Assembly: GCA_963771355.1 (NCBI GenBank)
Contig: CAVYTA010000008.1
Span: 64,001-128,000, forward strand
From: an uncultured Candidatus Rokubacteria bacterium
GTDB taxonomy: Bacteria; Methylomirabilota; Methylomirabilia; Rokubacteriales; CSP1-6
Direction: 5' to 3'
DNA: 64,000 nt
Part shown: piece by piece, positions 56,173-64,000 of the stretch
How the letters are laid out: every line of letters starts with the position of its first letter
Numbering within the stretch: position 1 is the first letter of the stretch
The notes under the pieces: model-generated
What the model was told of the DNA's origin: nothing
What the model saw: only the letters and a program-made list of their open reading frames with translations
Database searches by the model: none
Program-made: the position numbers and the translations under genes

Positions 56173-56994
56173 ATGGACGACTACCTCGAGGCGAACCGGC
56201 GGCTATGGGATGCGTGGACGCCCCTCAACGTCGCCTCCGAGTTCTACGACGTCGAGGGCTTCAAGGCGGGTCGCGTGGACCGGCCGTCGATGCTCCACCA
56301 GCTCGAGGCGAATCTGGTCGGCGACGTCACGGGCCGGACGCTCCTCCACCTGCAATGCCACTTCGGCATGGACACCATCCGCTGGGCCCGGCGGGGGGCG
56401 CGGGCGACCGGCATCGACTTCTCCTCCGCGGCCATCGAGGCCGCGCGCCGGCTCGCCGCGGAGATGGGGGTGCCGGCGACCTTCGTCGAGAGCGACGTCT
56501 ACGCGCTCCCCGACCGCCTCGACCACCGCTTCGACGTGGTCTTCACCTCGCATGGGGTCCTCTGCTGGCTGCCCGACCTCGTCCGCTGGGCGGAGGTCAT
56601 CGCCCACTTCCTCGCGCCGGGCGGCGTCTTCTGCATCGTCGAGGCCCATCCCGTCGGGATGATCTTCGATGAGACGCGCGCGGACGGCGAGCTGCGCGTG
56701 CGGTTCCCGTACTTCCAGGGGCCCGAGCCCATCCGCGATGAGCACCCCGGCTCCTATGCCGCGCCGGACGCGCCGCTGCAGAGCGTGGAGCACGTGTGGA
56801 TTCACCCCATCGGGGAGGTCGTCGGCTCGCTCCTGCGCGCGGGGCTCCGCCTCGAGTCCTTCGCGGAGTACCCCTTCATGGGGTGGCGCTTCCTGCCCTG
56901 GATGGAGCAGCGTCCCGACGGTGCCTGGCAGCTCCCCGGCGCCGCCGCCACCCTGCCGCTGATGTTCTCGCTCACCGCGCGCAAGCCCGCCTGA
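56173..56994 (+). CDS. Class I SAM-dependent methyltransferase
   Basis: LLHLQCHFGMDT, GIDFS and FDVVFTS motifs. Confidence 0.92.
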   Translation: MDDYLEANRRLWDAWTPLNVASEFYDVEGFKAGRVDRPSMLHQLEANLVGDVTGRTLLHLQCHFGMDTIRWARRGARATGIDFSSAAIEAARRLAAEMGVPATFVESDVYALPDRLDHRFDVVFTSHGVLCWLPDLVRWAEVIAHFLAPGGVFCIVEAHPVGMIFDETRADGELRVRFPYFQGPEPIRDEHPGSYAAPDAPLQSVEHVWIHPIGEVVGSLLRAGLRLESFAEYPFMGWRFLPWMEQRPDGAWQLPGAAATLPLMFSLTARKPA

Positions 56995-57140
56995 CCCTTC
57001 AGGAGTCCTTCTCTCGCCTCCTTCCTCCAGCGCGAGAGCATGAAGGGGTGGATGTCCATCGTTTCCTCGGCCCGATCGCTCTGCCCATCCGACACCTCCC
57101 AGCGTTAGCCAGAAGTGTCTACTTTATCGAGGGAGATTCA
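56995..57140 (-). mobile_element. IS3-family remnant (left end plus internally deleted orfA)
   Basis: Minus strand TGAATCTCCCTCGATAAAGTAGACAC end, GGAGGT, ATG 57088 (MGRAIGPRK), then DIHPFMLSRWRKEAREG HTH fragment. Confidence 0.7.
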
Positions 57141-57166
57141 ACGGTCGGCTGCATGCGTTGTTAGGC
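57141..57166 (-). other. Half attC site interrupted by the IS remnant
   Basis: Minus strand GCCTAAC-aacgc-ATGCAGCCGAC has the same left arm as the attC at 58968-59027 and is followed directly by the IS end. Confidence 0.75.
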
Positions 57167-57224
57167 GGCATCCTGCGTTGCCGCTCCTCTAGTAGACGCT
57201 AACGTGATTGTGGTTTTTGCCGGC

Positions 57225-58047
57225 CTACGCCCGGCCACTCCCAATCAACATTTCGGCGCTCATCACAAGTCGTCCCTCGGACTAGAATTGCGTAAGGCGT
57301 GCGCGCACCTCTTCTCGAACTGCGCGTCGGCTGGGCTCAGGTAACGCGAGATAGGCCTGTGACATTTGCCCGGCCCCTGCCTCGATCGGCGCCCAGTACT
57401 CGTAGAACGACTCAACAATTCCTTGGTGCGTCTCGCGCGTCACGCGAACATCGCGAAAACCTGCCTCGCAGATAAGGCGTTCGAGCTGAGGTACGTTTCC
57501 GAAAGAAAAAGACAGGTGGAGTGCATTCCTCTGGTCGGGATAGATAGCCACTGAGCGTTTCGGCAAGAACGCCCCACATCGGCGCGCGATCGGGTGACGA
57601 GATGACGCATACGGCAGCTCGGCAGCCGGGCCGCAAAACACGTCGAAATTCTGCGAGGCCACGCGCGGGATCAGGGAAGAACATGAGGCCGAGCTGACAA
57701 ATCACCGCGTCGAAAGTGGCGTCTGGGAACACAAGGCCCTGCCCGTCTGAAACGACCGCAAGAAACCGTGCGTCGGACAACCGCGCGCATGCCTCGTCGA
57801 GCATCGCGGGGGAAATGTCCGAACCGACCACAAGCCCCGAGTCTCCGACGTGCCCCAGTGCCAATTGCGCTGCCTCGCCCGTCCCCGTGGCAACGTCGAG
57901 TACTCGATTCCCATCCCTGATCTCAGCGGCGGCCAACAACGCTGGAACGAACAGTCGCGACCAGCGTCCGATGTATTGCGCATATGCCGATCCATCGACG
58001 CGCCGTCCACGCGGTGCGTGCATCCCTGGTCCCCACGTAACGCTCAT
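57225..58047 (-). CDS. Cassette-borne class I methyltransferase (UbiE-like), frameshift near 57540 and internal TAG at 57282
   Basis: VLDVATGTG, FDAVICQLGLMFF and RVLRPG motifs; the frame continues SEGRLVMSAEMLIGSGRA after the TAG. Confidence 0.8.
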
Positions 58048-58074
58048 CTGCGCTCCCTTAAGGGGTACGCGGAA

Positions 58075-58918
58075 TCACACAACCTTATAGCGCTTCGCGA
58101 GTTGCGAGCCTGCCTCGGCTCCGACCAGTTGCTCAAGCTCCCTTGCGGCTGGCATTGCGTTGCCGAAGGTCACCGTAGCGCCGGTCTCGTGGAGTTCGCG
58201 CACAAAGTCCTTCATCGCTTGGTACGTCACGACGACGCTCTGAATAGGATAGATCGCAAGTTTGATCCCAGACGCGAGGACTGCTTCCTTCGAGGCATCG
58301 AGCACGAAACTGGCCATGGGCTTGCCTACTGTCGTTGCGAAGGAAGGCGTTTCAGCGAGGGGCAGGCCGGTAACAATCAGCATGTCAGCTCCAGCCTCGG
58401 CATACGCTTGGCACCGTTCGGTTGCCTCCTCCAACGAGCGTCCGATATAGAGTGCCTCACAACGCGCGATGAGGAGGGTGTCCGGGTCACGCAGAGCCTC
58501 AAGAGCGGCGCGAATCTTCTCCGTGGCAACGGGTAGTGGATGCAGCGTGCCGCCAGGTCCATAGAGCTTTCCTGGTGCGTGATCCTCAATGTGCATACCC
58601 GCAACGCCCGCAGCTTCGAACCGTCTCACGTGGTGATAAGCGTTCACGGCGTTGCCCGCACCTTCCTCCAGATCGGCGATCACCGGAACGTCTGTTGCTT
58701 CAACCATGAGGCGCGCTTGTTCGAGCAATTCGCTCATGGTTAGGAGAGACTGGTGCGGAAGTCCCCAGCGACTTCGCGGCGCAACCGTAGCTACCGACGT
58801 AGACGGCCCGAAAGCCTTGCCGTGCAACCAGTTTCGTTGTCAGGAGGTCGTGCGCCCCTGGGACGATTACTGGAGCGGTGTCTCGTATGAGTTCCCGTAG
58901 CCGGCTCGCGCCTTTCAT
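58075..58918 (-). CDS. Cassette-borne isocitrate lyase/PEP mutase family protein, frameshift near 58775
   Basis: PGAHDLL, PVIADLEEG, HIED and YAEAGAD motifs. Confidence 0.85.
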
Positions 58919-58967
58919 GAGTCCTACCTTTCAAAGACTGGTTCTGAAAAGTTCGCGTAGTTCAGTC

Positions 58968-59027
58968 GTCCAACGTGCCGTATCAGCCGCGGCGCGCAAC
59001 GCCGTCGGCTGCATGCGGAGGTTAGAG
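58968..59027 (-). other. attC site (60 bp)
   Basis: Minus strand CTCTAAC...ATGCAGCCG...CGGCTGAT...GTTGGAC: inverted arms with an unpaired base, 6 nt after the toxin stop. Confidence 0.9.
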
Positions 59028-59033
59028 GGCTGA

Positions 59034-59331
59034 TCAGAGGCGCGACCGCCAATAGCCGGGGCGACGACGACCGTGGGCCACGGCCACGATCTCGATGTCC
59101 TCACCGCGAAGGAGGTACACCAGGCTGAAGGGTATCGTGGAAATACGTATCGGCGTGCGCGGCTGCCGTACGTGGCCATGTTCGGGGGCTCGCCTCGATC
59201 GCGGCAATGGCCCGCGCCAGTTCCTCTCGAAACGCGTGCCCGGCTTCGAAACTTCTCGCAGCATACCAGTCATACGTGGATTCCGCCTCCTGCGCTGCAG
59301 CAGGATGGAACCGGACCGCCGCTGAGGCCAT
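59034..59331 (-). CDS. RelE/ParE family toxin (two frameshifts)
   Basis: FHPAAAQE...WY, RRYVFPRYP and VAVAHGRRRPGYW motifs in three frames. Confidence 0.85.
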
Positions 59332-59556
59332 TCAGCGCTGGTACAACCGCGCTCTCAGCTCTTCCCAGGGAACCGCCTGGAGCTGGCCAGAATACAGCTC
59401 AGAGATTAGACGCTCTATCTCGGCCTGACAGGCTTCCTCGGCACCTTCCTCAGACTCAGCGTCTAAGCTGTCGACTAGAAGAAGAATGAGTGCGGCTCGC
59501 TCCTTCGGATCTAGCTGCATCGCTTCCTCAAATAGCTCCCGCGCCGATCTCGCCAT
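59332..59556 (-). CDS. Addiction module antitoxin
   Basis: 74 aa acidic protein, ERAAL...SLD...EIER...VPWEE, directly upstream of the toxin. Confidence 0.88.
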   Translation of the reverse strand: MARSARELFEEAMQLDPKERAALILLLVDSLDAESEEGAEEACQAEIERLISELYSGQLQAVPWEELRARLYQR

Positions 59557-59595
59557 GCGTCGATCCTACCATCCCATTACTACGTACGTTTGCCC

Positions 59596-59665
59596 CTGTA
59601 ACGCCACGCTCAGCGGCCGGGGCGAGCAACGTGAGCCTCCGGTACGTTGGAGCGTGATGTAGGGC
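59596..59665 (-). other. Degenerate attC site (70 bp)
   Basis: Minus strand GCCCTAC-at-CACGCTCCAACG...CGCTGAGCGTG-gc-GTTACAG; arms pair but both cores deviate. Confidence 0.7.
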
Positions 59666-59678
59666 AGAGTGTCATTGC

Positions 59679-60200
59679 TCAGTAGATATGGCAGTGAGAC
59701 TCACTGGTGGGCGGTTTTTCACCTTCACGAGTGAGAAGACCGCTGACTGAGAAAGCATGGCCTGCATAGGCGCCTTCGCCGAAAGCGCTCTCGCAGCTGG
59801 TACACCACACTCTGGCTGACTGGTGAGAGTGTGTCGTCTCCAGACAGAGGCTGGGCGACTCTCGAATCGTAATAGCGCTCTCGAAATGTGACGCGCGCAT
59901 AGGAGTAGATGACGTCAAAGAGGTTAGGAGCATAGCAGATATAGCGCACAGGCAGGGCGGCGGCGTAGCGGATGAACAAGACGCTGATTCAGCTCTGCGA
60001 CGAGTCTGGATCTGACGGGAAGGAGGACGTCGCGGGAGAAGCGCAGGATAGTGTAGTAAGCAAGCTCATAGACGCGCGCGACCAGGTACGTAAAGACACT
60101 CTCTCTCCTCTCGCATGAATAGAGGCGCTAGAATGCGTAGCAGGACAATCTCGCAAGTAAAAGCGACAGTTGGGAGGATCGTCATGCGTTCACTTTTCTC
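59679..60200 (-). pseudogene. Degraded paralog of the unknown cassette gene at 60395-60935
   Basis: Fragments TYLVARVYEL, YYDSRVAQPLSGD and FGEGAYAGHAFS; 5' boundary approximate. Confidence 0.7.
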
Positions 60201-60323
60201 TCTCTGAGGAAGATGGGGGACACGGTCACTCTATGATGTGGTCAGCGCGTCGCAGCACCGACGGCAGAATGGTGACGCCGAGCGCTTGTCGGTTTTGAGA
60301 TTGACCCCGCGCTCATCGGTCGG

Positions 60324-60383
60324 CCCGAACGCTCAGGATAACTTGCGGCGCGAAGCGCCGTCAGGTTCATCCTGCTGTTAGCC
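60324..60383 (-). other. attC site (60 bp)
   Basis: Minus strand GGCTAAC-agc-AGGATGAACCTGACGGCGC-ttc-GCGCCGCAAGTTATCCT-gagc-GTTCGGG. Confidence 0.9.
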
Positions 60384-60394
60384 AGCGCTCCCGA

Positions 60395-60935
60395 TCAAGA
60401 GAACGCAGAACTCTGGAAGTAGGTCAGTCGATCTGCCCACGGCCTTCGCCCCGAAGCGGGCCATCGACCGTCGCGAATCAGCTGAGCGCCCATCGAAAAG
60501 GCATGGCCAGCGTACGCACCTTCTCCGAACCCGTTCTCGAAGTGATCCACCACGGTCTGGCCTGTGGGGGTGAGTGCCTCGTCCCCCGTCAACGACTGCA
60601 CGGTCCTGGAGTCATAGTAGTGGCCCGCGGAAGACCGGATGGCCATCGGCGTTGTTGATCTCGATGAGCCCTTGCACATAGCCGCTCATTCGCGCGGGCC
60701 GCCCGCTCGCATCACGGATGACAATCCTCTGATTCAGCTCCCCGCGGAGTCGGGCCTTGATCGGTAGTTGAGCGCCGCCCGTGAAGCGTAACGTCGCCTC
60801 GTAGGCGATCTCATAGCCACGCGCGACCAAGTAGGTAACTCCTTGCTTATCCTCACGGACGAACTCGGGTGCGCGGATACGGCGTAGCTCAACCTCGCAG
60901 GTGAATGGGCCAGTGGGCAAGGGTTCTGATGCCAT
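60395..60935 (-). CDS. Cassette-borne hypothetical protein, frameshift near 60622
   Basis: ORFs 60612..60935 and 60395..60679 join as VFRG-HYYDSR; start uncertain. Confidence 0.7.
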
Positions 60936-61028
60936 TGCGCGCGCCCCCTCTCGGATCGATGTTGTGAGGCCTCATCGACTGTGATCGCCACGGTGAGCCC
61001 GCTGTCACTGGTCCTGCTGCCCTTGTCT

Positions 61029-61050
61029 GGCTAACTAGAATTATCTTGGT
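61029..61050 (-). other. attI-like core / 5' boundary of the first cassette
   Basis: Minus strand AAGATAATTCTA-GTTAGCCAG; the 9-mer complements CTGGCTAAC of that cassette's attC; no attC hairpin upstream. Confidence 0.65.
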
Positions 61051-61248
61051 CTGTGTAGCGTGGGGGACCAAGCGAGGGGGGCTGTGTAGCATCGTTGGGG
61101 TGGCTCCTTGTCCTTCAAGGATATCTCAGGTGGTGCGTAGTTGGTTGGAGTCTGGGGGGTGTGGCGGGACGAGATAGCTGGACCTGTGTAGCGGGGTGGA
61201 GGCTGCGGGCGTGGGGGAGGGGTCGGAACGCATCCGGCACCGTGTAGC
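61051..61248. repeat. Dispersed direct repeats CTGTGTAGC
   Basis: Exact copies at 61051, 61082 and 61184; variants at 61133 (GTGCGTAG) and 61242 (GTGTAGC). Confidence 0.75.
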
Positions 61249-61301
61249 CTTGCCGGCTAGGCCCCGGACTTCAAACCCCGTGATGGGCGACGCTATGCCC
61301 A
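61225..61301 (+). pseudogene. Possible degenerate tRNA-Sec fragment
   Basis: GGAA start, CCGGA-CTTCAAA loop (UCA anticodon) and TGGGCG/TGCCCA variable-arm hairpin; anticodon stem mismatched and T-arm absent. Confidence 0.35.
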
Positions 61302-61358
61302 AGAACCGCGGCCTACTGAATTAAATACGCGTTCGCTCCGCCACGGCGGGCGGCCCGC

Positions 61359-61997
61359 TCACACCATCAAGAGGCCTCGGCGCATCCCGATGGCCACCGC
61401 CTCGGTGCGGCTCCGCGCGCTCAGCTTGTCGAGGATCACCGCGATGTGGAACTTCACGGTGTGGGTCGAGATGCCGAGGCTCTTGCCGATGGCACGGTTG
61501 CCTAGCCCCTCGGCCATCATGCCCAGGATCTCGAGCTCGCGAGGGGTGAGCGGGTCGGTCCGGGACTCCGCCGGGGTGCGGCGAACCACCGTGTCGACGG
61601 AGACGGGGGGCGCCGACGGGTGCAGGACGACGAGACCCGCCGCCAGCGCTTCGATGCCGGCGGCGATCTCGTGAGCGGAGGCGTCCCGGGGCAGGATCGC
61701 GCGCACGCCGGCACGCAGCAGCCGGGCGAAGGCCGCCGGCGCGACGCCGCCGCCCAGCAGCATGATGGGAGGCCGGCGGGCGGTCCCCGACAGCGCGCGC
61801 AGGAAGGCCTCGACGGGCCGCGTCCCCGGGTCGATCAACAACACGTCCGCGGAGACCGCCGACCCTGCCGGGTCGCCCGTCTGGTCGGCCGCCGGGGACG
61901 GCGGCGCGGCCAGCCGCCATCCCGATCGGGCAGCGACCAGCGCTTCCAGCCGCGCCTGCGTTGTCGGGCTCGATGCGAGCACCGCGACGGCGATCAC
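61359..61997 (-). CDS. NarL/LuxR-type regulator with atypical receiver domain
   Basis: LTPRELEIL...GLGNRAI...TVKFHI...RTEAV HTH; GTGA coupling. Confidence 0.9.
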   Translation of the reverse strand: MIAVAVLASSPTTQARLEALVAARSGWRLAAPPSPAADQTGDPAGSAVSADVLLIDPGTRPVEAFLRALSGTARRPPIMLLGGGVAPAAFARLLRAGVRAILPRDASAHEIAAGIEALAAGLVVLHPSAPPVSVDTVVRRTPAESRTDPLTPRELEILGMMAEGLGNRAIGKSLGISTHTVKFHIAVILDKLSARSRTEAVAIGMRRGLLMV

Positions 61998-62593
61998 CGT
62001 GGGGCGCACCGCATCGCGAAGGTCTCGACCACTCGGCTCGGCACGGCCAGGGCCAGCCTGCCCGCGATCATCGCGTTGACGCCGACCACCCGTCCGCCGG
62101 CATCGGCCATGGGCCCGCCGGAGTTGCCGGGGGCGAGGCGGAGATCGGCCTGAATCCACCGGGGCCCCGCGTGGTGGCCCGGTGCCGGCGCCGCGTGCAC
62201 GATCCCCGTGACCACGGCCCCGACCAGTCCGAACGGATGGCCGACCGCCAGGACCAGCTCGCCCGCGCGAAGACGATCCGAGTCGCCCACCCGCGCGGCC
62301 GGAAGATCCCGTGCCTCCACGCGGAGCAGAGCAAGATCCAGGTCTCGGTCCCAGGCGACGAGCGCAGCCGGCAAGCGACGCCCATCCGCCAGGACGACCT
62401 GCGCGCCGGACCGCGCCGACTCGGCCTGGGCCACGACATGAGCGCTCGTCACGATGAGCCCGTCGGAGCGCCAGATGACGCCCGACCCGCTGGTTCGCCC
62501 CCTGGATCGCAATTCCACCGTGTTCTCCCGCAGCCGACCGACGACATCGGCGAGGTCGCTCGTCAGCAGATGCGGCCGCTCCTCCACCTCCAT
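61994..62593 (-). CDS. Trypsin-like (S1C) serine protease without PDZ
   Basis: TSAH, DLALL and GNSGG catalytic triad motifs. Confidence 0.9.
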   Translation of the reverse strand: MEVEERPHLLTSDLADVVGRLRENTVELRSRGRTSGSGVIWRSDGLIVTSAHVVAQAESARSGAQVVLADGRRLPAALVAWDRDLDLALLRVEARDLPAARVGDSDRLRAGELVLAVGHPFGLVGAVVTGIVHAAPAPGHHAGPRWIQADLRLAPGNSGGPMADAGGRVVGVNAMIAGRLALAVPSRVVETFAMRCAPR

Positions 62594-62594
62594 C

Positions 62595-63494
62595 CTATCG
62601 CCCCCGGGGCGGGCGCTCGGCAAGGGTGACCGCCACGTCGAGCGGTGCGCCGGCGCGGATCAGCGAGACCGTGACCGCGGTGCCCACTCTCCGTCCGGCG
62701 ACGGCGGTCTGCACGTCATCGAGATCGTGCAGGGGCGTGCCTTCGAGGGCCACCAGCACGTCTCCGAGCATCAGGCCGGCGCGCGCGGCGGGGCCATCCG
62801 CCACCACGCCCACGACGATGAGGCCGCGGGCGTCCGCGCCTGGCGCCAGTGGTCTCAGCGCCTCCGGGAGAGCCACCGGCTGCAGTCCGACCCCCAGATA
62901 GCCGCGGCTGACGCGTCCGGTCGCCAGCAGCTCGTCCACGACGCGGTTCACCGTCGAGGTCGGCACCGCGAGCTCGAGCTGTCGCGACAGGCCGGAGGTT
63001 ACCAGCCCGGCCACCTTGCCGGACGCGTCCACGAGCGGTCCGCCCGAGAAGCCGGGATAGAGCACCAGGTCCACGCGAAGAAGGCGGTCCACCTCGCCCC
63101 CTCGCCCCGTGCGCCACGCGCCGCCGACGGCGCTCACCACGCCCCAGCTGGCGCGCGGTCCATATCCGACAGCGAGGACCAGATGGCCCACCTTGAGCTC
63201 GGCGCTGTCGCCGATCTCGGCAGCGGGCCGATCACTCTCGCCGATCCGGAGGACGGCGAGGTCGGTGCCCGGGTCGCGCCCCACGAGGGTCGCCGGCGCC
63301 GCCCGCCCGTCTGACCAGGCGACGCGGATCTCCTCGTCCACCCGGACGGTGTGCTCTGCCGTCACGACGATTCCCGGGCGCCAGAGCACCCCGGTCGACG
63401 GCAGTCGCGGGCGCGCGTGCACGGTGACGACGGCTCGAGCGGCGCGCTCGACCGCCGCCGCGAGGTCATTCGAGAGCGAAAGCAGAGTCTGCAT
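62595..63494 (-). CDS. Trypsin-like (S1C) serine protease with PDZ
   Basis: TAEH, DLAVL and GFSGG motifs; GYLGV...GPAARAGL..GD PDZ. Confidence 0.9.
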   Translation of the reverse strand: MQTLLSLSNDLAAAVERAARAVVTVHARPRLPSTGVLWRPGIVVTAEHTVRVDEEIRVAWSDGRAAPATLVGRDPGTDLAVLRIGESDRPAAEIGDSAELKVGHLVLAVGYGPRASWGVVSAVGGAWRTGRGGEVDRLLRVDLVLYPGFSGGPLVDASGKVAGLVTSGLSRQLELAVPTSTVNRVVDELLATGRVSRGYLGVGLQPVALPEALRPLAPGADARGLIVVGVVADGPAARAGLMLGDVLVALEGTPLHDLDDVQTAVAGRRVGTAVTVSLIRAGAPLDVAVTLAERPPRGR

Positions 63495-63663
63495 TGGGAT
63501 CCTCCCTTCGGAAGCCGTCGGGGCTCCCGGTCTCGAGCCCACGATGCAACGGGCCCGACCCGCTGGGAATCGCCCGATTGGCTAGGGGGGTGCCGAGAGC
63601 GGTCTTGAACGAGGGCCTGTGCTAGCCTCCTGGCACCGAATTCCCGACAGGAGGTCAAGGCCC

Positions 63664-64000
63664 ATGGACTACGCGGACTACCAGCACCTCGTCTTCGAGC
63701 GCCGGCCCAACGGCGTGGTGCTCATCACCATCAACCGGCCGGAGGTGCTCAATGCGACCAATGACCGCCTGCACTGGGAGCTGACCCAGGTCTGGCTCAC
63801 CCTGGATGCCGACGCGACGGCACGCGTCGCGGTGGTGACGGGCGCCGGCCGCGCCTTCTCGGCGGGGGGCGACCTGGACATGGTGGACGCCAACAGCCGG
63901 GACCCGAAGCGCCTGGCCCGGACCCTGCGCGAGGCCTCGGACATCGTCTACAACATGATCAACCTCGACAAGCCCGTCATCTCCGCCATCAACGGGGTCG
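63664..64000 (+). CDS. Enoyl-CoA hydratase/isomerase family protein (partial)
   Basis: Manual translation MDYADYQHLVFERRPNGVVLITINRPEVLNA...FSAGGDL...KPVISAING; GGAGG RBS. Confidence 0.9.
   Translation, partial: MDYADYQHLVFERRPNGVVLITINRPEVLNATNDRLHWELTQVWLTLDADATARVAVVTGAGRAFSAGGDLDMVDANSRDPKRLARTLREASDIVYNMINLDKPVISAINGV

Noticed and set aside
57104..57110. GTTAGCC as an additional attC core
   Set aside because: Lies inside the IS remnant and has no paired arms
57282..57284. In-frame TAG (also at 53587-53589) as pyrrolysine or recoding
   Set aside because: Both genes also have frameshifts, TAG is a normal stop elsewhere in the window, and no pyl genes are seen
61051..61248. Short repeats read as a mini-CRISPR
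   Set aside because: Only 7-9 bp long with irregular spacing
61225..61301. Functional selC tRNA
   Set aside because: Anticodon stem has two mismatches, and there is no T-arm or acceptor 3' strand; kept only as a possible relic

Overview
High-GC bacterial DNA whose gene mix resembles Candidatus Rokubacteria/Methylomirabilota (inference from gene content only). Scattered single-base frameshifts suggest an imperfectly polished long-read assembly. Most of 1-57 kb is ordinary metabolism and transport: glnD, hisC, msrPQ, a branched-chain amino acid ABC operon, a peptide ABC operon, MFS transporters and catabolic enzymes. Five things stand out. (1) An integron-type cassette array with no integrase in the window (57141-61035, minus strand) has three full or degenerate attC sites, one half attC cut by an IS3-like remnant and an attI-like core. 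It carries a toxin-antitoxin cassette, an ICL/PEP-mutase plus methyltransferase cassette and two paralogous unknown genes. It is bordered by CTGTGTAGC repeats and a degenerate tRNA-Sec-like sequence. (2) A radical SAM gene's apparent TGA stop is probably selenocysteine (C-U-A-E-P tail plus a SECIS-like hairpin). (3) A hybrid histidine kinase of about 2,490 codons has 11 GAF domains in alternating conserved and variable order, coupled to a receiver protein and an adenylate/guanylate cyclase. (4) A 34-aa membrane microprotein is translationally coupled inside the peptide ABC operon. (5) Many genes have a -10 box only 5-8 nt before the start codon, implying leaderless mRNAs.
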